From assembly GCA_965228475.1 (NCBI GenBank), contig OZ245817.1, positions 512,001 to 576,000 on the forward strand: a stretch of 64,000 nt of DNA, given 5' to 3'. Below the pieces are notes generated by a model. The model ran no database searches and was not told where the DNA came from. It saw only the letters and a program-made list of their open reading frames with translations. This DNA comes from Myxococcota bacterium (GTDB lineage Bacteria > Myxococcota_A > UBA9160 > JAFDDA01). Each line of letters begins with the position of its first letter. Position 1 is the stretch's first letter. Shown one piece after another: positions 47,364 to 57,275 of this stretch. The position numbers were made by a program, and so were the translations under genes.

Positions 47364-48826
47364 GCGGCGGACTGAACCCGGAGGAGCGCAACCTGATCGA
47401 TGGCCGGCTCGTCGGAGCGAGCTCCGGCGCGACCTTCGAGAACGTGAACCCCGCGACGGAAGAGGTGATCGGGGTCTGCGCCGACGGCACGAAGGAGGAC
47501 ATGCAGGCCGCCATCGCCGCGGCGCGGCGCGCCTTCGACGAGACGAGCTGGGCGACCGACGCCGCCTTCCGGGCGCACTGCCTGCGCCAGTTCCATGCGG
47601 CGCTCGAGGAGGCGAAGGAGGAGCTGCGGGCGATCGTCGTCGCCGAGGCCGGTTCGCCGGTGCTCCTGACCCACCACGTCCAGGTGAACGCCTTCATCGA
47701 CGCGATGCCCTACTTCGCCGACCTCGCCGAGAACTACGAGTACGAGCGGGCGATGGAGCCGATCACGTTCATGGGCGCACCGCAGCGGCGCATCCTGCGC
47801 CGCGAGGCCGCCGGCGTCGTGGGTGCGATCACGCCCTGGAACTTCCCGCTCTACCTGAACCTGTGCAAGCTCGGCCCGGCGCTAGCGGCCGGCTGCACGG
47901 TCGTGTTGAAGCCGCCGCCGGACACACCCTGGAGCGCCACGAACCTCGGGCGGCTGCTCGCCGAGAAGACGGACATCCCGGCGGGCGTCGTCAACGTCGT
48001 GGCGAGCGCGGACCACGCGATCGGGGAGCTCCTGACGACGGACCCGCGGGTCGACCTCATCACCTTCACCGGCTCGACCGCGACCGGCCGGCGCATCATG
48101 GAGTGCGCCGCGCCGACGGTGAAGAAGGTCTTCCTCGAGCTCGGCGGCAAGAGCGCGAACATCGTGCTCGACGACGCGCCCTTCGGGCCGGCGATCGGAA
48201 TGGCCGGCACCGTCTGTACCCACGGCGGCCAGGGCTGCGCGATCACCACCCGCATGCTGCTCCCTCGCTCCCGCTACGAAGAGGGCGTCGAGCTCGCGAA
48301 GCAGGCCTTCGAGAACGTGCCCTACGGCGACCCGACGGACCCCGGCAAGCTCCAGGGACCGCAGGTGAGCAAGCGGCAGCAGGAGCGCGTGCTCGCCTAC
48401 ATCGAGAAGGGCAAGCAGGAGGGAGCCCGCTGCATCGTCGGCGGCGGCGTGCCGGCGCACCTTCCGAAGGGCTACTACGTCGAGCCCACGCTCTTCGTCG
48501 ACGTCGATCCGAAGTCGACGATCGCCCAGGAGGAGATCTTCGGGCCGGTCCTCTGCGTGATCCCCTACGAGGACGACGACGACGCCGTGCGCATCGCGAA
48601 CGATTCGATCTACGGCCTCTCCGGCGCGGTCTCGAGCGCGGACGAAGAGCGCGCGCTCGCCGTCGCGCGCCGGATCCGCACCGGGACGCTCTCGGTGAAC
48701 GGCGGCATGTGGTTCAACGAGGACACGCCCTTCGGGGGCTACAAGCAGAGCGGCGTCGGACGCGAGAACGGCGTGCTCGGCTTCGAGGAGTACCTCGAGA
48801 CCAAGGCGATCGGCCTGCCGGGCTAG
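47360..48826 (+). CDS. Aldehyde dehydrogenase
   Basis: ITPWNFP, FTGSTATG, LELGGKS, GQGC and EEIFGP. Confidence 0.96.
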   Translation: MSGGLNPEERNLIDGRLVGASSGATFENVNPATEEVIGVCADGTKEDMQAAIAAARRAFDETSWATDAAFRAHCLRQFHAALEEAKEELRAIVVAEAGSPVLLTHHVQVNAFIDAMPYFADLAENYEYERAMEPITFMGAPQRRILRREAAGVVGAITPWNFPLYLNLCKLGPALAAGCTVVLKPPPDTPWSATNLGRLLAEKTDIPAGVVNVVASADHAIGELLTTDPRVDLITFTGSTATGRRIMECAAPTVKKVFLELGGKSANIVLDDAPFGPAIGMAGTVCTHGGQGCAITTRMLLPRSRYEEGVELAKQAFENVPYGDPTDPGKLQGPQVSKRQQERVLAYIEKGKQEGARCIVGGGVPAHLPKGYYVEPTLFVDVDPKSTIAQEEIFGPVLCVIPYEDDDDAVRIANDSIYGLSGAVSSADEERALAVARRIRTGTLSVNGGMWFNEDTPFGGYKQSGVGRENGVLGFEEYLETKAIGLPG

Positions 48827-48839
48827 CGGGCCCCTTCCG

Positions 48840-49739
48840 TCAGTCGAGCCCGCCCGGGGCGGTGCGCCGCAGGTAGGTGCCGATGCGTTCGATCGCCTGG
48901 CGGCCTTCGGGGAGCAGATCCGCGAAGGCGTGCCAGACGTGCACCATGTCCTCCCAGACCTCGAGCTCGACGTCCGTCCCCGCCGCCTGGGCGCGCTCGG
49001 CGAAGCGCGTCGAATCGTCGAGCAGCACCTCGGCCGTCCCGACCTGGACGAGCAGGGGAGGGAGGCCGGCGAGGTCGGCGAACAGGGGCGAGGCGGTCGG
49101 GTGGTCGCGCCGCCCGCCCGCGTAGGCCTCGGCCATCATGGCGAGACCCTCGCGGCTGACCATCGGGTCCTCCTCGGCCTTGCTCGCGAAGGAGGCGCCC
49201 GAGAGCGTCAGGTCGAGCCACGGTGAGATGCAGACGCCCGCGGCGGGCAGCGCCGTCCCGGTGTCCCGCAGGGCGAGCAGTGCGGCGACGGTGAGCCCGC
49301 CGCCCGCGGAGTCGCCGGCCAGGGAGACGTTCTCGGCGGGGACGTCCGCCTCGAGCACGAATCGATACGCGGCGCAGGCATCCTCCACCGCCGCCGGGTG
49401 CGGGTGTTCGGGGCCGAGCCGGTAGTCCACCGAGAGCACGCGCGAGGCGGTCTCCCGGGCGAGGCGGGTCACGAGCGGGCGATGGCTCTGGATCGAGCCG
49501 ATGGTGTAGCCGCCGCCGTGGAAGTAGACGAGCACGCGGTTCGGCCGCGATTCGGGTGCCACCGTCCACTCGGCCGGGACGCCTCCTGCATCGACGGGTT
49601 CGTAGCGGACGTCACCGGGCCGTTCGAAGCCCGCGGTGATGGCATCCATGCCGGCGCGCATCTCCGGGATCGTCTCGCCCTGGATGGGCGGGTTCGCTCG
49701 GAGCAGGTCGACCACGGTGGTGAGCTCGGGGCTGGGCAT
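48840..49739 (-). CDS. HSL-family esterase/lipase
   Basis: HGGG, DYRLGPEH, GDSAGG and HVWH. Confidence 0.93.
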   Translation of the reverse strand: MPSPELTTVVDLLRANPPIQGETIPEMRAGMDAITAGFERPGDVRYEPVDAGGVPAEWTVAPESRPNRVLVYFHGGGYTIGSIQSHRPLVTRLARETASRVLSVDYRLGPEHPHPAAVEDACAAYRFVLEADVPAENVSLAGDSAGGGLTVAALLALRDTGTALPAAGVCISPWLDLTLSGASFASKAEEDPMVSREGLAMMAEAYAGGRRDHPTASPLFADLAGLPPLLVQVGTAEVLLDDSTRFAERAQAAGTDVELEVWEDMVHVWHAFADLLPEGRQAIERIGTYLRRTAPGGLD

Positions 49740-49776
49740 GCGTGCTCCACGGGCCGCTGCCGCGACCCTCGAAGGT

Positions 49777-50874
49777 TCAGAAGGAGAGGACGGTCCGGAC
49801 GCCACGGCTCTGGCGCAGATCTTCGAGTGCCTCGTTGATCTCCTCGATCGGGCGGGTCCGGGTGAGAAGCGCTTCGAGGTCGATGCGGCCCTGCTGCCAG
49901 AGGGCGATGATGCGCGGGATCTCGCGCAGGGAGTTCGAGGATCCGAGCGTGCAGCCGAGGAGCTTCTTCTCCGAGATCGTGAAGCCGGCGGCGGGGGAGA
50001 TCGTGATGCCTTGGTCGACCGGTGGCGCACCGACGGCGACGACCGTTCCGCCGTTCCGCACCGAGGCCAGGGCCGTCTCGACGAGCTTGGCGTGGCCGGC
50101 TGCCTCGAAGGCGTAGTCGGCGCCGACCCCCGTGAGCGCCATCGTGCGCTCGGTGACGTCTTCCTCCGTGGGGTCGATCAGGTCGGTTGCACCGAGCCGC
50201 TTCGCGAGTTCGCGCCGCTCGGGGACGGGGTCGCTCGCGATGATGCGCGCCGCGCTCGCCACGCGCGCACCCTGCACCACGGAGAGGCCGATTCCGCCGA
50301 GCCCGAGCACCAGCACCGTGGCGCCGGCTTCGACCTCGGCCGTGTTGAGCACCGCGCCGACGCCCGTCTGGACCGCGCAGCCGATCACACACACGACGTC
50401 GAGGGGGACGTCGGGCGCGACCTTCACCGCACCGGTCTCGGGCACGAGCACCTGCGCGCCGAAGGCCGCCAGGTTGATGCCGCGGAAGATCGTCTGCCCG
50501 GCCCGGGAAAGGTGCGTCTGGCCGTCGGGGAACGTGTTGGTCGCGATGCCCGCCATGTTGACGCAGAGGCTGGCTTCGTCGCGCACGCACCAGTAGCAGC
50601 GCCCGCAGGGCGGAACCGCCGTCAGCACGACGGGGTCCCCGGGCGCGAAGCCTTCGACGCCGTCGCCCACGGATTCCACGACGCCCGCCGCCTCGTGGCC
50701 GAGGATCACCGGGACCGCGGCGGGGAACGCGCCGTCGACGACCGAGAGGTCCGAGTGGCACAGGCCGCAGTAGGAGACGTCCACCCGGAGCTGGCCAGGG
50801 CCCGGCGCGTCGATCTCGACGTCGTCGCGCAGGACGAGGGGCTTTCCGACTTCTTCGAGAACCGCGGCCTTCAT
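49777..50874 (-). CDS. Zn-dependent alcohol dehydrogenase
   Basis: CHSD, GHEAAG, structural Zn CGRCYWC..C and GLGGIG. Confidence 0.95.
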   Translation of the reverse strand: MKAAVLEEVGKPLVLRDDVEIDAPGPGQLRVDVSYCGLCHSDLSVVDGAFPAAVPVILGHEAAGVVESVGDGVEGFAPGDPVVLTAVPPCGRCYWCVRDEASLCVNMAGIATNTFPDGQTHLSRAGQTIFRGINLAAFGAQVLVPETGAVKVAPDVPLDVVCVIGCAVQTGVGAVLNTAEVEAGATVLVLGLGGIGLSVVQGARVASAARIIASDPVPERRELAKRLGATDLIDPTEEDVTERTMALTGVGADYAFEAAGHAKLVETALASVRNGGTVVAVGAPPVDQGITISPAAGFTISEKKLLGCTLGSSNSLREIPRIIALWQQGRIDLEALLTRTRPIEEINEALEDLRQSRGVRTVLSF

Positions 50875-50945
50875 CGGACCTCCCGTGGTTTCCAGGTTTC
50901 GGCGCGGCGCCATGATACCGTTCCCGGAACGCGAGGAGTCGATCC

Positions 50946-51893
50946 ATGGAAACCGAGAAGCTCCACCTCTTCGGCCTGCCGGCTGCGCTGTTCGGCGAGG
51001 CGAAGAAGGAGCACTTTCCGGGCCGTCGACTCGTGGGGCTCGAGGACGAAGCGGACTTCGCCGCGCGGATCGGCGAGATCGAGGTGCTCTTCGCCCTTCG
51101 CCCGCCGAGAGGCCACTGGGCCCGGGCCGAGCGCCTGCGCTTCGTCCAGATCATGGGGGCCGGCGTCGACGCGCTCCTGCCGGCGCCGGATCTGCCCGCT
51201 CACGTCCGCGTCGCCAACGGGCGCGGCATCTCGGGCGACGTGATGGCCGAGTACGCGCTGCACTGGATGCTGCACTTCGCCCGCCGCGCCGACCGCAACG
51301 CCGCGCAGCAGACCCGGAAGGAGTGGCGCATGTACGCTCCGTGGAGTCTCTCCGGGGCGACCTGCGGGATCCTCGGCATGGGTGCGATCGGGCAGGCCGT
51401 CGCCGAGCGCGCGAAGGCTTTCGGGATGCGCGTCCTGGCCACCCAGCGGAGCCCCAAGCCCTTCGCGGCGGCTGACGAGGTCCTCGCCAGCGAGGAGACC
51501 GAGCGCGTCCTGGCCGAGTCCGACTACGTCGTGGTGATCCTGCCGTTGACCCCCGAGACGAGGGGGAGCCTCGACGCGACACTGCTCTCGAAGATGAAGT
51601 CCGAGGCCGTCCTCATCAACATGGCGCGGGGCGAGATCGTCGACGAAGCGGCGCTGGCCGCGATGCTGCGCGAGGAGCGGCTGCGCGGCGCGGCCGTCGA
51701 CGTCTTCGCGGAAGAGCCCCTGCCGGAGACGAGCCCGCTCTGGGAGGTGCCGAACCTGATCGTCACTCCCCACGTCGCGGGCTTCAGCCGGGACTACCTG
51801 CCCGTCTCGTTCGAGATCTTCGCCGAGAACGTGCGGCGCTTCGAAGCGGGCGAACCGCTCCGCAACGAGATCGACCCGGCCCGCGGCTACTAG
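50946..51893 (+). CDS. D-2-hydroxyacid dehydrogenase
   Basis: GMGAIG, LPLTPET, INMARG, DVF.EEP and TPHVAG. Confidence 0.93.
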   Translation: METEKLHLFGLPAALFGEAKKEHFPGRRLVGLEDEADFAARIGEIEVLFALRPPRGHWARAERLRFVQIMGAGVDALLPAPDLPAHVRVANGRGISGDVMAEYALHWMLHFARRADRNAAQQTRKEWRMYAPWSLSGATCGILGMGAIGQAVAERAKAFGMRVLATQRSPKPFAAADEVLASEETERVLAESDYVVVILPLTPETRGSLDATLLSKMKSEAVLINMARGEIVDEAALAAMLREERLRGAAVDVFAEEPLPETSPLWEVPNLIVTPHVAGFSRDYLPVSFEIFAENVRRFEAGEPLRNEIDPARGY

Positions 51894-51921
51894 CGCGGGC
51901 GGCCTCAGGGTCCGCGGCCGG

Positions 51922-52563
51922 CTAGCCGAGCACCGCCGCGGCGTTCGCCTGGACGAGTTCGAGGATGTGCTTCGGCGCGGTCTCCGGCGTGCCGCCGGCG
52001 AAGGGCGGCTTCGGATCGTACTGCAGCGCGAGCTGGACCATCTGTGCGTAGTCGTCCCCGGCGACCTCCGCCGCGAAGGCGAGGGCCATGTCGATGCCCG
52101 AGGTGACGCCGCCCGCCGTCCAGAGTTTGCCGTCGACGACCACGCGGTCCGAGCAGGCCTCGGCGCCGAACTGGGCGAGGGCTTCGAGGCCGAGCCAGTG
52201 GCACCCCGCCCGCTTGCCCTGCAGCACGCCGGCCGCGCCGAGGATCCAGGAGCCCGTGCAGACCGAGACCGTGTAGCGGGAGTGCTCGTGCATCTTCGCG
52301 ACCCACTCGAGGGTCGGCGCGTCCTGCATGACGGCGCCGACCCCGCTGGCCGGGCCACCGCCGATGAGCAGTACGTCCGCGCGGTCGATCTCGGAGATGC
52401 CCGCCTCGGCCTGGATCGTGAGCATGCCCGTGTCGGCGGTGATGGGGCCCTTCTCGCGCGCCACGAAGCGGACCCGCGCGTCCGGTAAGCGGGAGAGCAC
52501 CTCGTAGGGTCCGAGGGCATCGAGGGCGGTCATGTCCGGGTAGATCAAGATCGCGACGTCCAT
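51922..52563 (-). CDS. DJ-1/PfpI family protein (isonitrile hydratase-like)
   Basis: LDALGPYEVL, SVCTG, GVTSGIDMAL and QYDPKPPF. Confidence 0.92.
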   Translation of the reverse strand: MDVAILIYPDMTALDALGPYEVLSRLPDARVRFVAREKGPITADTGMLTIQAEAGISEIDRADVLLIGGGPASGVGAVMQDAPTLEWVAKMHEHSRYTVSVCTGSWILGAAGVLQGKRAGCHWLGLEALAQFGAEACSDRVVVDGKLWTAGGVTSGIDMALAFAAEVAGDDYAQMVQLALQYDPKPPFAGGTPETAPKHILELVQANAAAVLG

Positions 52564-52588
52564 CGCTTCTCCTTCGCGCGCGGTTTCG

Positions 52589-52632
52589 GGGTATTCTGGC
52601 ACGCCCGCCGGAGTATTCTGACACGCCCACCG
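52589..52632. repeat. Tandem 22-bp direct repeat in the divergent DJ-1/P450 promoter region
   Basis: GGGTATTCTGGCACGCCCGCCG / GAGTATTCTGACACGCCCACCG (19/22). Confidence 0.85.
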
Positions 52633-53817
52633 ATGAGCGCCGCACCCGTCTACGACCCCTACGACTACGACATCGACGAGGACCCGTACCCGGTCTATCG
52701 CCGGATGCAGGACGAGGCGCCGGTCTACTACAACGCCGAGCACGACTTCTACGCCCTGACCCGCTATCAGGACTGCCTCGAGGCCCTCGTCGACCACGAG
52801 ACCTTCAGCTCGGCCTACGGCACGGTGCTCGAGCTGATGAACGGGGAGCCCTTCGAGGCGCCGCTCATCATCTTCATGGATCCGCCGCGGCAGACGCGCC
52901 TGCGAAACCTCGTCTCGAAGGCCTTCACCCCGCGCCGCATCGCCGAGCTCGAGCCGCGGATCCGCGCGATCGCCTGCGGCTACCTCGACGAGCTGGTGGG
53001 CGCGGGCGAGGCCGACTTCGTCGAGGCGTTCACCGCGAAGCTTCCGATGGACGTGATCAGCACACTGCTCGGGATCCCCGAGTCCGACCGGGATGCGGTG
53101 CGCCGCTGGTCGAACGCGATCCTGCATCGGGAGCCCGGGAACCCGATGCCGCCGGCCTCGGCCCTCGAAGCCCAGGGCGAGCTGATGAAGTACTTCCAGG
53201 CCGCCGTGGAGGAGCGCCGCGCGCGCCCGCGGGACGACATCATGACGCTCCTCGTCGAGGGCGAGACCCGCGAGGCGGAGCGGCTCGACGACGTCGAGGC
53301 CCGCTCGTTCTTCAACCTGCTTGCCACCGCCGGCAACGAGACGGTGACGAAGCTGCTGGCGACGGCCTTCTACTGGCTCTGGAAGTTCCCGGGCGAGCGG
53401 GCCCGCCTGCTGGCCGACCCCTCGGTGATTCCCGGCGCCGTCGAAGAGACCCTGCGGTTCGACCCGCCCTCCCACTACCAAGGCCGCACCACCACCCGGG
53501 ACGTGACGCTCCACGGTGTGACGATCCCGAAGGGTGCCCGCGTCGCCATCGTGAACGGCGCCTCCGGGCGCGACCCGCGCAAGTTCCCGGACCCGGATCG
53601 CTTCGACGTCGGACGGGAGATCGATCTCCACCTGGGCTTCGGCCACGGCCGACACATCTGCCTCGGTGCGAGCCTCGCCCGCCTCGAATCCCGCATCGCC
53701 CTCGAGGAGTTCGGCCGCCGCTTCCCGGATTACGAAGTCACCGGCTTCGAACGGATGCACTCGAGCAACGTGCGGGGCTTCTCCGGACTCACCCTGCGGT
53801 ACCCCTCGGCGTCGTGA
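52633..53817 (+). CDS. Cytochrome P450
   Basis: AGNET I-helix, EETLR, and FGHGRHICLG heme ligand. Confidence 0.96.
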   Translation: MSAAPVYDPYDYDIDEDPYPVYRRMQDEAPVYYNAEHDFYALTRYQDCLEALVDHETFSSAYGTVLELMNGEPFEAPLIIFMDPPRQTRLRNLVSKAFTPRRIAELEPRIRAIACGYLDELVGAGEADFVEAFTAKLPMDVISTLLGIPESDRDAVRRWSNAILHREPGNPMPPASALEAQGELMKYFQAAVEERRARPRDDIMTLLVEGETREAERLDDVEARSFFNLLATAGNETVTKLLATAFYWLWKFPGERARLLADPSVIPGAVEETLRFDPPSHYQGRTTTRDVTLHGVTIPKGARVAIVNGASGRDPRKFPDPDRFDVGREIDLHLGFGHGRHICLGASLARLESRIALEEFGRRFPDYEVTGFERMHSSNVRGFSGLTLRYPSAS

Positions 53818-55430
53818 ACTGGCTCGACCTCGACGATCCGGCCGAACGCCTGCTCGGCCGCGCCCTGCGCCGCCAGGCCGAGACCCAAGGCGACGCGCCC
53901 TTCCTGATCACCGACGAAGGCACGCTCTCCTACGCAGCGGTCAACGACGGCGCGAATCGCTTCGCCGCCGGGCTGCGGGAACACGGCGCCGAGCCCGGCG
54001 CGCCCGTCGCCCTGCTGATGGAGTCGAGCCCCGAGTGCGTGCTCGCGGCCCTCGGCGCGAACAAGCTCGGCGCCTTCTGGATGCCCACCAACACGGACTA
54101 CAAGGGCGTCTGGCTGCGCGAGACCTTCGAGGACGGTGGCGCACGGGTGCTCGTCGCCGACGGGGCGCTTCTGCCGCGCGTCGCCGAGCTCGGCCCGGGC
54201 CTTCCCTTCGAGCGGATCCTCGTCGTGGGCGAGGCGGCCTGCGAGGTTCCCGGCGTCGAGCTCGTCCCCGCCGCTTCGGTCCTCGACCGGCCCGCCGCGG
54301 AGCCCGACGACGCCGACTTCGACTACGGCGATACCGCCGCCGTCCTCTGGACCTCCGGAACGACGGGGCGGTCCAAGGGCGTCATGCAGAGCCACAACAC
54401 CTGGCTCCGCGGCGCGACGAGCGGCGCACGTTCCTCGCGGCTCCGCGAAGGCGAGGTCCTCTACAACTGCCTGCCGATGTACAACTCGGCCGCCTGGGTG
54501 GCGAACGTCTTCCGCGCCCTCGTCACCGGCTCTCCCTGCGTGATGGACCGCCGCTTCTCGGCGAGCGAGTTCTGGGATCGCTGTCGCAAGTTCGACGTCA
54601 CGATGGTCTTCACGCTCGGCGCGATGCACATCTTCCTGTGGAACGCGCCCGAGCGCGCCGACGACGCCGAGAACCCGGTGCGGAGTGCCACCATGATTCC
54701 CATGCCCGAGGACGTCCTCGGCCCCTTCAAGGAGCGCTTCGGCATCGAGGCGATCCACCAGGGCTACGGGCAAAGCGAGTGCCTCGGCCTGCTCGACCGC
54801 ACCGACGACGGCCAGCCGAAGAAGCCGAACTCCCTCGGCCGGGTCTCGGGGGGCCTCGAGCTCGCGATCCTCGACGAGGAGGACCGTCCGGTGGAGGCCG
54901 GCGAGACCGGCGAGCTGTGCGCGCGCCCCACCGAGCCCCACGTTCTGATGAACGGCTACTACGACGCCCCCGAGGCGACCCTGCGCGCCTTCCGGAACCT
55001 CTGGTACCACACGGGCGATCTCGTGCGGCGTGACGAAGACGGGGACTGGTTCTTCGTCGACCGCAAGGCGGACTACATCCGCTACAAGGGGCGGAACCTC
55101 TCCTCCTTCGCGGTGGAGCACATGGTGAACGCCCACCCGGCGGTGGCGGACTCGGCGGCCCACGGCGTCCCCTCGGCGGAGCTCGAGAGCGAGGCCGAAC
55201 TCAAGGTCTGCGTCGTCCTGAAGCCGGGCGAGGCGCTCGAACCCGAGGCGCTCGCCCGCTTCGTGAACGAGAACGCGCCGTACTTCTTCGTGCCGCGCTA
55301 CGTCGAGTTCGTGGACGAACTGCCGCGCACGCCGACCGGGCGCGTCCAGAAGTTCAAGCTGCGCGAGCGCGGCGTGACGCCCGCGACCTGGGATGCACGC
55401 GCCGCGGGCTTCGAGGTCGTCCGGACTTGA
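53814..55430 (+). CDS. AMP-binding acyl-CoA ligase (CaiC-like)
   Basis: WTSGTTGRSKG, YGQSE, TGD and LPRTPTGRVQK. Confidence 0.93.
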   Translation: MNWLDLDDPAERLLGRALRRQAETQGDAPFLITDEGTLSYAAVNDGANRFAAGLREHGAEPGAPVALLMESSPECVLAALGANKLGAFWMPTNTDYKGVWLRETFEDGGARVLVADGALLPRVAELGPGLPFERILVVGEAACEVPGVELVPAASVLDRPAAEPDDADFDYGDTAAVLWTSGTTGRSKGVMQSHNTWLRGATSGARSSRLREGEVLYNCLPMYNSAAWVANVFRALVTGSPCVMDRRFSASEFWDRCRKFDVTMVFTLGAMHIFLWNAPERADDAENPVRSATMIPMPEDVLGPFKERFGIEAIHQGYGQSECLGLLDRTDDGQPKKPNSLGRVSGGLELAILDEEDRPVEAGETGELCARPTEPHVLMNGYYDAPEATLRAFRNLWYHTGDLVRRDEDGDWFFVDRKADYIRYKGRNLSSFAVEHMVNAHPAVADSAAHGVPSAELESEAELKVCVVLKPGEALEPEALARFVNENAPYFFVPRYVEFVDELPRTPTGRVQKFKLRERGVTPATWDARAAGFEVVRT

Positions 55431-56443
55431 AGATCCTCGTCACGGGGGGAACGGGCTTCGTGGGCTCGCACAGCGCGGCGGCGCTCGCGGCGGCGGGGCA
55501 CGACGTCCGCCTGTTGGTCCGCAGCCGCGAGAAGACGAAGCGGGTCTACGAGGCCCTCGGCCTCGAGGCGCCGGAGGCCGTGGTCGGCGACATCACCGAC
55601 GCCGCTTCGGTCGGCCGGGCCCTGGAAGGCTGCGAGGGCGTGCTCCACGCCGCGGCGGTCGTCGGCCTCGACCGGAGCCAGGCCCTGGAGGTCGAACGCA
55701 CCAACCGCGCCGGGACGGAGAACGTGGTCGGCGAAGCCCACCGGCGCGGACTCGGCCCGATCGTCTACGTCTCGAGCGTCTCGGCCCTGTTCGACCCCGA
55801 GGGCGGCCCCATCACGCGAGACTCGAAGCCCACCTTCCAGGCCGGGAACGCCTACAGCGAGTCGAAGGCCCGCACCGAAACCTACGTGCGCGATCTGCAG
55901 GAGCAGGGCGCGCCGCTCGCGATCACCTACCCGACGGGCGTTCTCGGACCCGACTCGCCGACCCTGACCGAGTTCCACCGCGGCGTGCTCATGCAGCTCG
56001 ACGTCGCCCTCGTCTCGGGCTCCGGGGGTGTCGCTGCCGTCGACGTCCGGGATCTCGCCCAGGTCCACGCGGCGCTCTTCGCCCGGCCACCGGCACCGGC
56101 CCGCTTCCTCGCGAGCAGCCGCGATCTCGATTGGCGGGAGGTCGCGGACATCATCGACGAAGTCACGGGCCGCAAGCTCCCGCGCGTCTACGTCCCCGGT
56201 TCCGCGCTGCGCGGCCTCGGGTGGTTCGTGGATCGCTTGCGCCGCTTCGTCCGGATCGAGACGCCCCTCAGCCAGGAGGGCATGGTGACGGCGACCCGCT
56301 GGCCGGGAACCGACGCGAGTGTCACGGAGCGCGAACTCGGCGTGGTCTTCCGCGACCCGCGCGAGACCTTCCGCGACACCCTGCGCTGGTTCGGCGAGCA
56401 GGGGCACGTCCCGCCCCGAAAGCTCGGCCGGCTCGCCGGCTAG
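55427..56443 (+). CDS. NAD-dependent epimerase/dehydratase (extended SDR)
   Basis: TGGTGFVG, HAAA, YVSS and YSESK. Confidence 0.9.
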   Translation: MKILVTGGTGFVGSHSAAALAAAGHDVRLLVRSREKTKRVYEALGLEAPEAVVGDITDAASVGRALEGCEGVLHAAAVVGLDRSQALEVERTNRAGTENVVGEAHRRGLGPIVYVSSVSALFDPEGGPITRDSKPTFQAGNAYSESKARTETYVRDLQEQGAPLAITYPTGVLGPDSPTLTEFHRGVLMQLDVALVSGSGGVAAVDVRDLAQVHAALFARPPAPARFLASSRDLDWREVADIIDEVTGRKLPRVYVPGSALRGLGWFVDRLRRFVRIETPLSQEGMVTATRWPGTDASVTERELGVVFRDPRETFRDTLRWFGEQGHVPPRKLGRLAG

Positions 56444-56455
56444 GCCAAGCGCGAC

Positions 56456-57250
56456 TCACTCCATGCCGAGGAGCTTCCCGATCCCGAAGCGGTGGCCCGC
56501 GGTGAAGCCGCCGTCGATCACGAGCGTGTGGCCCGTCACGAAGGAGGCCTCGTCGCTCGCGAGGAAGAGCGCCCCGTTCGCGATCTCCACCGGGCGGCCG
56601 AGCCGGCCGAGCATGTGGGCGTCCATGATGCGCTCGCGCACGACGCCCATCTCCGGGTTCCCCATCACTTCCTCGAGCAGTGGGGTCTCGATGAAGCCCG
56701 GGCAGATCGCGTTGGCGCGAATGCCCTTGCGCGCGTAGTCGATCGCGAGGTTCTTCGTGAGGATCACGACGCCGCCCTTGCTGGCGTTGTAGACGCTCGT
56801 GACCTCCATGCCTTCGATGCCCTCGACGCTCGCCAGGTTGATGATGCTGCCGCTTCCCTGCTCCATCATCGTGGGGAGCACCGCGCGGCAGAAGAGGAAG
56901 GTCCCCTTCAGGTTGATGTCGATCACCCGGTCCCACTCTTCGGGCTCGAGCATGTGGACGTAGCCGCCGGACCCGACGCCCGCGGAGTTCACCAGGGTGT
57001 CGATGCGGCCGAAGCGTTCCCGGGCGGCAGCGACGAAGGCGTCGATGCGTGCGGCCTCGCGGACGTCCCCCGTCTCGAACATCACGTCCGGTGCGAGCTC
57101 GGCGGCGCGCTTCCAGTCCGGCGACGCCGGCTCGTTCAGGTCGAACCCCGCCAGCGAGGCGCCCTCCTCGGCGAAGCGCAGGGCGCAGGCCGCGCCGATC
57201 CCCGAAGCGGCGCCCGTGATCACGGCGACCTTGCCTTCCATCCGTCCCAT
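56456..57250 (-). CDS. Short-chain dehydrogenase/reductase
   Basis: TGAASGIG, VNSAG, YNASK and DGG. Confidence 0.93.
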   Translation of the reverse strand: MGRMEGKVAVITGAASGIGAACALRFAEEGASLAGFDLNEPASPDWKRAAELAPDVMFETGDVREAARIDAFVAAARERFGRIDTLVNSAGVGSGGYVHMLEPEEWDRVIDINLKGTFLFCRAVLPTMMEQGSGSIINLASVEGIEGMEVTSVYNASKGGVVILTKNLAIDYARKGIRANAICPGFIETPLLEEVMGNPEMGVVRERIMDAHMLGRLGRPVEIANGALFLASDEASFVTGHTLVIDGGFTAGHRFGIGKLLGME

Positions 57251-57275
57251 CGTCAGTCCTCTCGCGAGCGCTTCC

